Below, in pieces: positions 18,952 to 27,789 of a stretch of 48,284 nucleotides of DNA. Source of the DNA: Alphaproteobacteria bacterium (GTDB taxonomy: Bacteria > Pseudomonadota > Alphaproteobacteria > Rhizobiales > Aestuariivirgaceae); assembly GCA_028868255.1 (NCBI GenBank), contig JAGWUY010000001.1:1-48284 (forward strand), given 5' to 3'. Below the pieces are notes generated by a model. That model ran no database searches. It saw nothing but the letters and a program-made list of their open reading frames with translations, and was not told the origin of the DNA. Numbering within the stretch: position 1 is the stretch's first letter; each line of letters begins with the position of its first letter. The position numbers and the translations under genes were made by a program.

Positions 18952-20037
18952 CTACCCCACTTGCCCGCGGTGGCGCAAAAATTGGTCGGCCAACACGCAA
19001 GCCATCATCGCCTCGCCCACAGGCACAGCGCGGATGCCCACGCAGGGGTCATGGCGGCCCTTGGTGATCACATCCGCCTCTTCGCCTTGGGCTGTGACTG
19101 TCTTGCGCGATTGCAAAATGGATGATGTGGGTTTGACGGCAAACCGCACCACAATATCCTGCCCCGTGGAAATGCCGCCCAATATGCCGCCCGCATGGTT
19201 TGACATAAACTCAGGCTTGCCATGGCGCATGCGAATTTCATCGGCATTGTCTTCACCATGCAAAGTGGCGGCGGCAAAGCCAGCCCCGATCTCAACGCCT
19301 TTGACCGCATTGATGCTCATCATGGCTGCGGCCAATTCTGAATCGAGTTTGGCATAAAGCGGCGCGCCCCAACCCGCAGGCACGCCGGAGGCTGTGACCT
19401 CAATCACCGCGCCAATCGACGAGCCTGACTTGCGAATGCCATCCAAATACGCTTCCCAGTGCTTGGCGGCCTTGGCATCCGGACAGAAAAATGGGTTGCG
19501 CTCCACCTCTGCCCAATCCCAGTTTTTAGTGTCTATCTTTTGATCACCTATCTGGATCATGCAGCCACGAATGGTGACGCTGGGAATAACTTTACGGGCC
19601 ACGGCCCCTGCCGCCACACGCGACGCCGTTTCACGCGCAGACGAACGCCCGCCCCCACGATAATCGCGAATGCCATATTTCGCCTGATAGGTGAGGTCAG
19701 CATGGCCGGGGCGAAACTTATCCCGAATGTCAGAATAATCCTTCGAGCGCTGATCGGTGTTTTCAATCTGCAACATGATCGGTGTGCCGGTTGTACGCGG
19801 GCCATCAGTGCGCTCATCCTCAAACACGCCGGAAAGAATGCGCACCTGATCAGGCTCCTGGCGCTGCGTGGTGAAACGCGATGTGCCGGGCTTGCGCTTG
19901 TCCAGAAACACCTGAATATCTTCAGGTGTGAGCTTCAAACCGGGCGGGCAGCCATCCACCACGCAGCCAATGGCGGAGCCATGGCTTTCACCAAATGTTG
20001 TGACGCGAAAGAGATGACCGAATGTGTTGTGTGACAT
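18952..20037 (-). CDS. aroC: Chorismate synthase
   Basis: [31 protein letters not shown]. Confidence 0.98.
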   Translation of the reverse strand: MSHNTFGHLFRVTTFGESHGSAIGCVVDGCPPGLKLTPEDIQVFLDKRKPGTSRFTTQRQEPDQVRILSGVFEDERTDGPRTTGTPIMLQIENTDQRSKDYSDIRDKFRPGHADLTYQAKYGIRDYRGGGRSSARETASRVAAGAVARKVIPSVTIRGCMIQIGDQKIDTKNWDWAEVERNPFFCPDAKAAKHWEAYLDGIRKSGSSIGAVIEVTASGVPAGWGAPLYAKLDSELAAAMMSINAVKGVEIGAGFAAATLHGEDNADEIRMRHGKPEFMSNHAGGILGGISTGQDIVVRFAVKPTSSILQSRKTVTAQGEEADVITKGRHDPCVGIRAVPVGEAMMACVLADQFLRHRGQVG

Positions 20038-20046
20038 GCGCCTTCA

Positions 20047-20658
20047 TTAAAGCGCATTACGGTTTGCGTCAAACCAGCTGATGGTGCCATTTTCCAGTTT
20101 GCAGTAACAACCCTGCGGCGTTTTGAGGTTAACCAGTGCTGCCGGCTCGAGCCCCGCCACGTAGCCCATCAAACAGCGCCCTACCGCGCCATGCGCCACC
20201 ACCAAAGTGGTTTGTGTGACGGTGGACAGCCAATCATCCACCCGCGCCACACCATCCTGATAGCTTTCGCCACCCTCGGGCCGCCAATAATAGCGCCCTT
20301 CAGCATCAGCGGGGTAAAGTGGTGAATCTTTCAGCTCCCAAAAGGGCTTGCCCTCCCAAATGCCAAAACCAAGCTCGCGCACGCGCGGCTCAGTGGTCAC
20401 GCTGGCCATGGAAACGCCTAGGGCCGCTGTGATGAAACCCATGGTTTGTTTTGCGCGCAGCTGGGGTGAGCACACGAGCTTACAGCCAGCAATCTCGTCG
20501 CGGTGCGCAGCAATTGCAGTGGCCACATCCTGCACCTGTTGCAAGCCTGTGGCATTAAGCTCTGTTTCGACCGACCCTTGGATCAACCCCTGCTTGTTCC
20601 AATCGGTTTCGCCATGGCGTACAAAATAAATCGTGGGCAGTGGCCTATTCAGCGGCAT
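20047..20658 (-). CDS. Histidine phosphatase family protein
   Basis: RHGETDWN, SPQLRA.QT, ELGFG.WEG, VAHG. Confidence 0.9.
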   Translation of the reverse strand: MPLNRPLPTIYFVRHGETDWNKQGLIQGSVETELNATGLQQVQDVATAIAAHRDEIAGCKLVCSPQLRAKQTMGFITAALGVSMASVTTEPRVRELGFGIWEGKPFWELKDSPLYPADAEGRYYWRPEGGESYQDGVARVDDWLSTVTQTTLVVAHGAVGRCLMGYVAGLEPAALVNLKTPQGCYCKLENGTISWFDANRNAL

Positions 20659-21469
20659 TATCAACCGACATGTCAGGCGCATCCGGGTTTTTCATGCCCA
20701 CCACATGATAGCCTGAATCCACATGGTGGATTTCACCCGTCACACCACGCGACAGATCAGACAGGAAATACATGCCCGCATCCCCCACTTCTTCGGTGGT
20801 GACTGTGCGGCGCAGCGGAGAATTATATTCATTCCATTTCAAAATATACCGGAAGTCGCTGATTCCAGATGCGGCGAGTGTTTTGATCGGGCCTGCCGAA
20901 ATGGCATTGACGCGAATATTTTTAACACCAAGATCAGCTGCCATATAGCGAACCGATGCTTCAAGGCCCGCCTTGGCGACACCCATCACGTTGTAGTGCG
21001 GCATCCACTTCTCAGCGCCATAATAAGTGAGCGTGAGCAACGAGCCACCATTGGGCATCATTTTTTCAGCGCGCTGGGCCACGGCAGTAAAACTATAGAC
21101 GCTGATGAACATGGTGTTGGTGAAATTGGCAGCAGATGTATCCACATAACGGCCGCTCAATTCGTTCTTGTCGGAAAAGCCAATGGCATGAACAACAAAA
21201 TCAATCGAACCCCATTTTTCCTTGATCGCATCAAAGGTGGCATCAATGGAGGCCATATCGCTCACATCACATGGCAACACCAATGGTGAGTTCACTTCAG
21301 CGGCCAGCGGCTCAACCCGTTTTTTCAACGCATCACCCTGATAGGTAAAGGCCAGCTCTGCGCCATGATCGGCACAAGATTTGGCAATGCCCCAGGCAAT
21401 CGACCTATTATTGGCCACGCCCATGATGAGGCCGCGCTTGCCAGCCATAATCCCTGTTTTTCCGCTCAT
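20645..21469 (-). CDS. fabI: Enoyl-ACP reductase
   Basis: GVANNRSIAWGIA, YNVMGVAKA, NAISAGPIKTLAA. Confidence 0.97.
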   Translation of the reverse strand: MSGKTGIMAGKRGLIMGVANNRSIAWGIAKSCADHGAELAFTYQGDALKKRVEPLAAEVNSPLVLPCDVSDMASIDATFDAIKEKWGSIDFVVHAIGFSDKNELSGRYVDTSAANFTNTMFISVYSFTAVAQRAEKMMPNGGSLLTLTYYGAEKWMPHYNVMGVAKAGLEASVRYMAADLGVKNIRVNAISAGPIKTLAASGISDFRYILKWNEYNSPLRRTVTTEEVGDAGMYFLSDLSRGVTGEIHHVDSGYHVVGMKNPDAPDMSVDNAAE

Positions 21470-21561
21470 TTTCGTCCCATGATTTCTGCGCGAGCCCCAA
21501 ACGCCCCAGCGCTGATTTGCCTAATGACACAGTTAATAGGTGAAATCAAAGGTGGCGGCAC

Positions 21562-21620
21562 TTGACAATTTGTTACGGTTTATGTATTTTACCAAAAAGT
21601 TAATTAACCAGTATAGAAAA
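21562..21620 (+). promoter_or_regulatory. Sigma70 promoter and likely ArsR operator of the SRPBCC operon
   Basis: TTGACA-17bp-TATTTT, followed by TTTACCAAAAAGTTAATTAACC. Confidence 0.6.
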
Positions 21621-21652
21621 TAATAAATGCACCTTTTGGATAGGAGATTGTA

Positions 21653-22075
21653 ATGACCTCTGCCCCGACGATTTCTGTAGAAACCACAATCGCCGCCCCT
21701 TTGGCCCGTGTGTGGTCTGCATACACAACACCTGAAGACATTGTCGCTTGGAACGCCGCTTCCGAAGACTGGCACACCACACGGGCCGTGGTTGACCTGC
21801 GCGATGGCGGTGCGTTTCTGTCGCGCATGGAGGCCAAGGATGGTAGCATGGGTTTTGATTTTGCTGGCACCTACTCCAAGATTATTCCACAACAGCGCAT
21901 TGACTATGCCTTCGGAGATCGTACGGCCCAGGTTACCTTTGATCAGAGGCCCGAGGGTGTAAAAGTGCATGTGGCCTTTGTGGCCGAACAATCTAATCCG
22001 ATTGAAATGCAAAGGGGCGGCTGGCAAGCCATTCTGGATAACTTCAAGCGCTATGTTGAAGCCAAGTCCAGCTGA
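21653..22075 (+). CDS. SRPBCC (AHSA1/CalC-like) domain protein
   Basis: VW.AYT.PEDI..W, DLR.GG.F, MQRGGWQAILDNF. Confidence 0.88.
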   Translation: MTSAPTISVETTIAAPLARVWSAYTTPEDIVAWNAASEDWHTTRAVVDLRDGGAFLSRMEAKDGSMGFDFAGTYSKIIPQQRIDYAFGDRTAQVTFDQRPEGVKVHVAFVAEQSNPIEMQRGGWQAILDNFKRYVEAKSS

Positions 22076-22080
22076 CTCCC

Positions 22081-22407
22081 ATGGCGCTTGATCCCCTGAG
22101 CCTCAAGCTGCAGGCACTGTCAGACCCCACGCGTCGCGCTATTTTAGCCCGGCTCATATCAGGGCAAGCCACGGTGAATGAACTGGCACATCCTTTTCAG
22201 TTGTCGCTGCCCGCCATTTCCAAACACATCAAGGTGCTGGAAGTGGCAGGCCTTATCACTCGCACGCGCCATGCGCAGCAGCGGCCATGCCAGCTTTCGG
22301 CCGAAGGCCTGCGTGAGGTTGATGACTGGCTGAATGCGTACCGCGCCACATGGGAACAGCGGCTTGACCGCCTTGAAGCCTACTTGGAAACTTTGCAGGA
22401 GAAATGA
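22081..22407 (+). CDS. ArsR/SmtB family regulator
   Basis: ALSDPTRRAIL, SLPAISKHIKVLE.AGLI, WEQRLDRL. Confidence 0.92.
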   Translation: MALDPLSLKLQALSDPTRRAILARLISGQATVNELAHPFQLSLPAISKHIKVLEVAGLITRTRHAQQRPCQLSAEGLREVDDWLNAYRATWEQRLDRLEAYLETLQEK

Positions 22408-23390
22408 TGATGCACAACCTCACCACGACAACTTTGCCAAAAGACAAACCACAAATCATCACCACACGTTTGATAGCAGCGCCGCGCGAACTGATTTGGA
22501 AGGCGCTGACCACGCCCGAACACCTGCAACATTTTTGGGGCCCGGATGGCTTTACCAACACCTATAAGAAATTTGATTTAAAGGTGGGCGGCCAAGCCCT
22601 GTTCACCATGCACGGGCCTGATGGTAAGAATTGGCCGAACCGCTTTATTTTCCGCACCGTGACCCCACCCTCGTATTTGGCCTTTGACCATGATGGCGGC
22701 GAAGACGACCCGAGTGGCCACTCCTTCATCGGCGAGCTTGAACTCAAAGACGAAGGCGGCAAGACCCGCGTTGAATTGCGTATGACGGAAAAAACCATGG
22801 AAGCGCGCGATTTCGTCGCGCAATTTGCTGTCGCAGGCGGTGTACAAAACCTAGAGCGGTTGGCCGCCTATGTGGCCCCGATGGCCGACCCCCTGAACAA
22901 ATTCGTGATCGAGCGGTCGTTCCCCGTCTCGCAAAAGCGCCTGTTTGAGGTGTGCAGCCAGGTTGAACATTTGAAACATTGGATGTCACCTGCAGGCATG
23001 AAAGTGATCAAGGCCGCGCAAGATTTGAAGCCCGGCGGCACCTATCACTATGGCCTCGAAATGCCGGACGGCAATGTCATGTGGGGCAAAGCGACGTACA
23101 GGGAAATTACACCGCACAGCCAACTGGTTTATACCCAGTGCTTCTCCGACGAAAATGGCGGTGTCACCACTCACCCCATGGCCCCCACATGGCCCTTGGA
23201 AATGCGCACCATTTTTGATTTCATTCCCGAGGGGGAAAACCAAACGCGCTTGAGAATAACTTGGCTCAACACGCGAATTGCCGATGCTGAGATCCAAACA
23301 TTCCATGCTGCTCATAAAGGCATGAGCGGCGGTTGGACTGGCTCTCTCGATCAATTGCAAGCCTATCTCGCCAAGGGAACATCAGCATGA
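22404..23390 (+). CDS. Tandem two-domain SRPBCC protein
   Basis: Two AHSA1 repeats (PEHL.HFWGP / VEHLKHWMSP, DL..GG). Confidence 0.88.
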   Translation: MMMHNLTTTTLPKDKPQIITTRLIAAPRELIWKALTTPEHLQHFWGPDGFTNTYKKFDLKVGGQALFTMHGPDGKNWPNRFIFRTVTPPSYLAFDHDGGEDDPSGHSFIGELELKDEGGKTRVELRMTEKTMEARDFVAQFAVAGGVQNLERLAAYVAPMADPLNKFVIERSFPVSQKRLFEVCSQVEHLKHWMSPAGMKVIKAAQDLKPGGTYHYGLEMPDGNVMWGKATYREITPHSQLVYTQCFSDENGGVTTHPMAPTWPLEMRTIFDFIPEGENQTRLRITWLNTRIADAEIQTFHAAHKGMSGGWTGSLDQLQAYLAKGTSA

Positions 23391-24031
23391 GCAAACTCCG
23401 CGTTGAAAGCTTTATGATCTCGGTGGATGGCTTTGGCGCAGCGCCAGATCAAAGCATGGAAAACCCATTTGGTGTGGGCGGCAAGGTTTTGACGGATTGG
23501 TTTTTCAAAACCAAAACCTTCCAGACCATGATTGGCAGAACTGAAGGATCAACGGGTGTGGATGAAGTTTTTGCCTCCAGCGGCTTCACCAACATTGGCG
23601 CAAATATCATGGGTCGCCATATGTTTGGGCCCCAGCGCGGACCATGGGAAAACGAGGATTGGAAAGGCTGGTGGGGGCCGAATCCGCCCTATCATTCCCC
23701 CGTCTTTGTAATGACCCACCACCCCCGTCCTAGGCTGACCATGGAAGGCGGAACAGTGTTTGAATTTGTGCATGGCAGCCCACAGGATGTTCTGGCCCGC
23801 GCCAAAGCTGCAGCACAAGGCAAAGACATTCGCCTGAATGGTGGCGTTGAAACTGTACGCAATTTCCTCAAAGCAGGCCTTGTGGATCATCTGCATCTGG
23901 CTGTGTCGCCTGTGACCTTGGGCAAGGGCGAAAACCTACTTGCAGGAATTGACCTTAAACGCGCCGGACTGACCAGCACAAAGACAGTGCCGGGCGAAGG
24001 CGCATTGCATCTGGTTTTTGAGCGAATGTGA
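23387..24031 (+). CDS. Dihydrofolate reductase/RibD C-terminal family protein
   Basis: ISVDGF, GANIMGRHMF, PVFVMTHH, AGLVD..HLAVSPV.LG.G. Confidence 0.88.
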   Translation: MSKLRVESFMISVDGFGAAPDQSMENPFGVGGKVLTDWFFKTKTFQTMIGRTEGSTGVDEVFASSGFTNIGANIMGRHMFGPQRGPWENEDWKGWWGPNPPYHSPVFVMTHHPRPRLTMEGGTVFEFVHGSPQDVLARAKAAAQGKDIRLNGGVETVRNFLKAGLVDHLHLAVSPVTLGKGENLLAGIDLKRAGLTSTKTVPGEGALHLVFERM

Positions 24032-24093
24032 CCAAAGCTTGCCGCCAACAGGCATTCAGCTTAAGCTATCACACAGTGATTAAATCTCGAATA

Positions 24094-24179
24094 TTGTCAT
24101 CCCGACGAAAGTCGGGAACCAAACTTTCCACACGTGAGATTGCTGAAAGCTTGGGCCCCGACTTTCGTCGGGGTGACAA
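24094..24179. repeat. Inverted pair of REP-like units (GTCAYCCCGACGAAAGTCGGG)
   Basis: TTGTCATCCCGACGAAAGTCGGGA ... CCCCGACTTTCGTCGGGGTGACAA with inner IR extension. Confidence 0.85.
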
Positions 24180-24217
24180 AATAAGGTAAGACTAAAAGGA
24201 ATAAGGGGAACACGGCT

Positions 24218-24745
24218 ATGCTCACAGCGCTCGTCATCATCGCCATATTGATCGCAGCACTTTTGGCCATTGCGGCGTCACGGCCCAACACCTTCAGCCT
24301 GTCGCGCTCAACCACCATCGATGCGGCGCCCGAAAAGGTTTTCGCCCAGATCAATGATTTCAAGAACTGGGTGAACTGGTCGCCCTGGGAAAAGCTGGAT
24401 GCAACCATGCAAAAAACCTTCTCAGGCGCTGCCTCTGGCAAGGGCGCAAAATATAGCTGGGTGGGCAACAAGAAAGTGGGCGAAGGCGCGATGGAAATCA
24501 CCAATGCACAAGCCAATTCTAACGTGACGCTCGATCTGCATTTTTATAAGCCCTTCAAGGCTGACAATGTGACCGAATTCACCATCACCCCGCAAGGTGC
24601 GGGCAGCAAGGTGAACTGGGAAATGCGCGGAAACCTAAACCTGTTTATGAAGCTGATGCACATGTTTATGAACATGGACAGAATGGTGGGCAAGGATTTT
24701 GAAGCAGGCCTTGCCGCCATGAAATCAACCGTTGAAGGCAAGTGA
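24218..24745 (+). CDS. SRPBCC/polyketide cyclase family protein with N-terminal membrane anchor
   Basis: Hydrophobic N-terminus; WSPWEKLD, W.GNKKVGEG.M, GKDFEAGL. Confidence 0.88.
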   Translation: MLTALVIIAILIAALLAIAASRPNTFSLSRSTTIDAAPEKVFAQINDFKNWVNWSPWEKLDATMQKTFSGAASGKGAKYSWVGNKKVGEGAMEITNAQANSNVTLDLHFYKPFKADNVTEFTITPQGAGSKVNWEMRGNLNLFMKLMHMFMNMDRMVGKDFEAGLAAMKSTVEGK

Positions 24746-24751
24746 TCACCC

Positions 24752-25384
24752 ATGGATATTGAGCGCCTGAAAGTCACAACAGCCGAGCAGGGTTTTACCG
24801 ATCGGAACGACCCTTTCACCCTGTTTGCCGAGTGGCTGAAAGATGCCGAAGCCAAAGAACCCAACGACGCAAACGCCATGGCGCTGGCCACGGTGGATGA
24901 TGAGGGCTTGCCCAATGTGCGCATGGTGTTGCTGAAAGATTTTGATGAGCGCGGTTTTGTGTTTTACACCAATTATCAAAGCCAGAAGGGCCAGGAAATC
25001 TTAAGCGCAATGAAGGCCGCCGTGGTGTTTCACTGGAAATCATTGCGCCGCCAGATCCGCGTGCGCGGCATTATCGAAAAGGTGACGGACGCCGAAGCCG
25101 ACGCCTATTTCCAATCGCGCCCGCGTGACAGCCGCATTGGCGCTTGGGCCAGCGCCCAGTCACGCCCGCTAGAAGGCCCTTTTGCCTTGCAAACCGCTGT
25201 AGCCATGTATGCGGCCAAATATGCCATTGGCCAAGTGCCCCGCCCGCCCCATTGGAGCGGCTTTCGCATTCAGCCTTTGAGCATTGAATTCTGGCACGAC
25301 CGCCCCTTCCGCCTGCATGACCGTGTGGTGTTCCGAAGGCCAGACCCCAAGAGCGATTGGACGAAGGCCAAGCTTTATCCTTGA
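24752..25384 (+). CDS. pdxH: Pyridoxamine 5'-phosphate oxidase
   Basis: [28 protein letters not shown]. Confidence 0.97.
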   Translation: MDIERLKVTTAEQGFTDRNDPFTLFAEWLKDAEAKEPNDANAMALATVDDEGLPNVRMVLLKDFDERGFVFYTNYQSQKGQEILSAMKAAVVFHWKSLRRQIRVRGIIEKVTDAEADAYFQSRPRDSRIGAWASAQSRPLEGPFALQTAVAMYAAKYAIGQVPRPPHWSGFRIQPLSIEFWHDRPFRLHDRVVFRRPDPKSDWTKAKLYP

Positions 25385-25441
25385 ACTTAGTCATATTTAC
25401 ACCATATTGACTTTGTATGTACGTTCACTGATGGTAATAGG

Positions 25442-25708
25442 ATGAAGGATATTAAGTTTCTATGGGATGAAACCAAAGATGCATGGCTGCGAGAAACCAG
25501 AGGTGTGGGTTTCGCTGACGTGGTCGAGGCCCTCATCAACGGAACGGCCTTGGCCGATATTCAGAGTCCAAAGCGCAAAAATCAGCGGATGATTGTTTTC
25601 AGGGCGCGCGACTATGTGCATGTGGCACCATATGTCATTGATGTAAACATCTACTTCTTCAAAACAATTTATCCTGACCGAAATCTACATGCAAAATATG
25701 GATCATAA
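25442..25708 (+). CDS. BrnT-like type II toxin
   Basis: F.WDETK..WL...RGVGF and FFKTIYP.R pattern; 88 aa. Confidence 0.75.
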   Translation: MKDIKFLWDETKDAWLRETRGVGFADVVEALINGTALADIQSPKRKNQRMIVFRARDYVHVAPYVIDVNIYFFKTIYPDRNLHAKYGS

Positions 25709-26009
25709 GATGAAAAAAAAGCCAAAAGTTGTGTTGGATCCTCCTTTCTATGACGACGAGGAGCGTGAGTTGATTGAGGATTTGCGTGCTGGTGTTTATC
25801 AGACCGTACCCAATCAGGCTGCCCGTATGAAAGAGCTGAAGGCGATGGCGGAAAGCACCTTGAAGCGTAAATCCGTGACCATCCGCATTCAAGAGCGGGT
25901 GATTGACCAGTTGAAATCAATGGCCAATGAAGAAGGCATGCCATACCAGACGCTGATCTCATCCGTTCTTCACAAATACATCTCCGGAAAACTGAAAGAA
26001 GGTCGGTAA
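25698..26009 (+). CDS. BrnA/CopG-like antitoxin (C-terminal RHH)
   Basis: VTIRI...IDQLK..A.EEGMPYQTLISSVLHKY; overlaps the toxin; start uncertain (25689/25698/25710). Confidence 0.8.
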   Translation: MDHKMKKKPKVVLDPPFYDDEERELIEDLRAGVYQTVPNQAARMKELKAMAESTLKRKSVTIRIQERVIDQLKSMANEEGMPYQTLISSVLHKYISGKLKEGR

Positions 26010-27154
26010 TGGGCAAAAACTCTTCCCCCCGCCCCGAAACCATTGCCGCCCATGCACTGCGCGCCACCGATGCCGCGACGGGTGCCGTGGTTCCGCCGAT
26101 CTACCTTTCGACCACCTATGCTCGCGATGAAAACTATGCGCCACGGCTAAAGGAAAACTATGTGCGCTCTGGCAGCCCCAATGTGTGGCAGGCCGAAGAC
26201 ACCATTGCCGCATTGGAAAAAGGCAAAGCCGCCTTGCTGTTTGTCTCCGGCATGGCGGCCATCACCGCCCTGCTTGAAACTGTGCCGATGGGAGGCCATG
26301 TGGCGGCCTGCCATTCGATGTATTATGGCACGCGCAATTGGCTGGAACTGTTACGCGATAAAGGCCGCATCACGCTAACTTTGTTTGATGCCGCCGAACC
26401 GGGCGCACTTGAAAAAGCACTGACACCCAAAACTGATCTGGTCTGGATTGAAACCCCCACCAACCCCATGTGGACAGTGGTGGATATTCAAGCTGCCGCC
26501 AAAGCGGCGCACAAAGTCGGGGCCATTTTGGCCGTAGATGCTACGGCACTCGCCGCCGTCACCACCCTACCGTTGAGTTTGGGGGCCGACATTGTGTTTC
26601 ACTCGGTCACCAAATATTTAAACGGCCATTCTGATGTGCTGGGTGGCGTGCTGGTAACACAAGAGGCGACACCGCGCTGGAGCGAGATCGCAACTTTGCG
26701 CACCAAAACATCCTCTCCCTTGCCACCCTTTGAATGCTTCCTGTTGCAGCGGGGCATGCGCACGCTGTTTGTGCGCTATGCGCAAGCTTCCGGCAATGCG
26801 CTGGCCATCGCGCGGCATTTTTCCAATCACCCCAAAGTCCAAGCCGTGCTTTACCCAGGCCTTGCCACCCATACGGGCCATGCCATTGCCAAGCGGCAGA
26901 TGTTGAATGGTTATGGCGGCATGATGTCATTGGTGTTAAAAACCGATTTTGCCGGCGCACAGAAATTCTGCACAGGGTTGAAGGTGATCACCCCCGCCAC
27001 ATCACTGGGCGGTGTGGAAAGTCTGGCTGAACATCGCAAGACAGTGGAAGGCCCGCAAAGCCCGACGCCGGATAACTTGGTGCGATTGTCCATCGGCATT
27101 GAAAATGTGAATGATCTGGTGGCGGATATTGAGCAGGCCTTGACCGAGGTTTAA
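26009..27154 (+). CDS. Cys/Met metabolism PLP enzyme (cystathionine gamma-synthase/lyase family)
   Basis: PPIYLSTTY, SGMAAI, ETPTNP, HSVTKYLNGHSD, SLGGVESL, RLSIGIE. Confidence 0.9.
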   Translation: MGKNSSPRPETIAAHALRATDAATGAVVPPIYLSTTYARDENYAPRLKENYVRSGSPNVWQAEDTIAALEKGKAALLFVSGMAAITALLETVPMGGHVAACHSMYYGTRNWLELLRDKGRITLTLFDAAEPGALEKALTPKTDLVWIETPTNPMWTVVDIQAAAKAAHKVGAILAVDATALAAVTTLPLSLGADIVFHSVTKYLNGHSDVLGGVLVTQEATPRWSEIATLRTKTSSPLPPFECFLLQRGMRTLFVRYAQASGNALAIARHFSNHPKVQAVLYPGLATHTGHAIAKRQMLNGYGGMMSLVLKTDFAGAQKFCTGLKVITPATSLGGVESLAEHRKTVEGPQSPTPDNLVRLSIGIENVNDLVADIEQALTEV

Positions 27155-27780
27155 TTCGCCAGATCGAAATCAGCCGCCACGCTGGCCTCACGCACAAGGC
27201 GGCCATTGGGCATGTCGTTTTCGTCCACGCGGCGGCGAACTTCAGCCTCTGGAAGCTGGTAGCCCGCCCAACGCGCTGTCAATCTTTTCCGCAAGGTGTC
27301 GTCCGTGCACTGCACCATCACGCTGAGATCAAACAGCGCCTTAAGGCTGTTCCACGGTGCATCGCGCAGCAGGAGATAATTGCCTTCGACAATCACGATG
27401 GGAATGTCGCGCGAAATGAGCCTTGCCCCGCCGCGTGAAATTTCTAAATCGCGGTCAAACACCGGCACAGCCACAGCCTCTTCATCCCGCGCCCGCATGC
27501 GGAGCAGCGTGTGATAAAAGCCGCCCACATCAAATGTGTCTGGCGCGCCCTTGCGATCTTTGCGGCCCAACGCGGTGAGCAAATGATCATCATAATGAAA
27601 ACCATCCATTGGCAGGATTGAAGCAAGGCCAGATTGACGGGCATTCAACAGCTCCGACAGTTTTTCCGCCACGGTCGATTTTCCAGAGCCGGGCGCACCA
27701 GCAATGGCAATAATCTGACGCTGGGAGCCACCAGCCACCAGTCGCGCCACCACATCAGTCAATGTGATCTTTTTTATCAT
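27151..27780 (-). CDS. P-loop kinase, YggC/FrcK (uridine/pantothenate kinase-like) family
   Basis: GAPGSGKST, PMDGFH, RKGAPDTFD, VEGNYLLL. Confidence 0.85.
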   Translation of the reverse strand: MIKKITLTDVVARLVAGGSQRQIIAIAGAPGSGKSTVAEKLSELLNARQSGLASILPMDGFHYDDHLLTALGRKDRKGAPDTFDVGGFYHTLLRMRARDEEAVAVPVFDRDLEISRGGARLISRDIPIVIVEGNYLLLRDAPWNSLKALFDLSVMVQCTDDTLRKRLTARWAGYQLPEAEVRRRVDENDMPNGRLVREASVAADFDLAN

Positions 27781-27789
27781 GGCGCCCTT

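Noticed and set aside
18349-24179. CRISPR array or IS element from the repeats
   Set aside because: Repeats are inverted and dispersed with no regular spacers; no cas or transposase ORF
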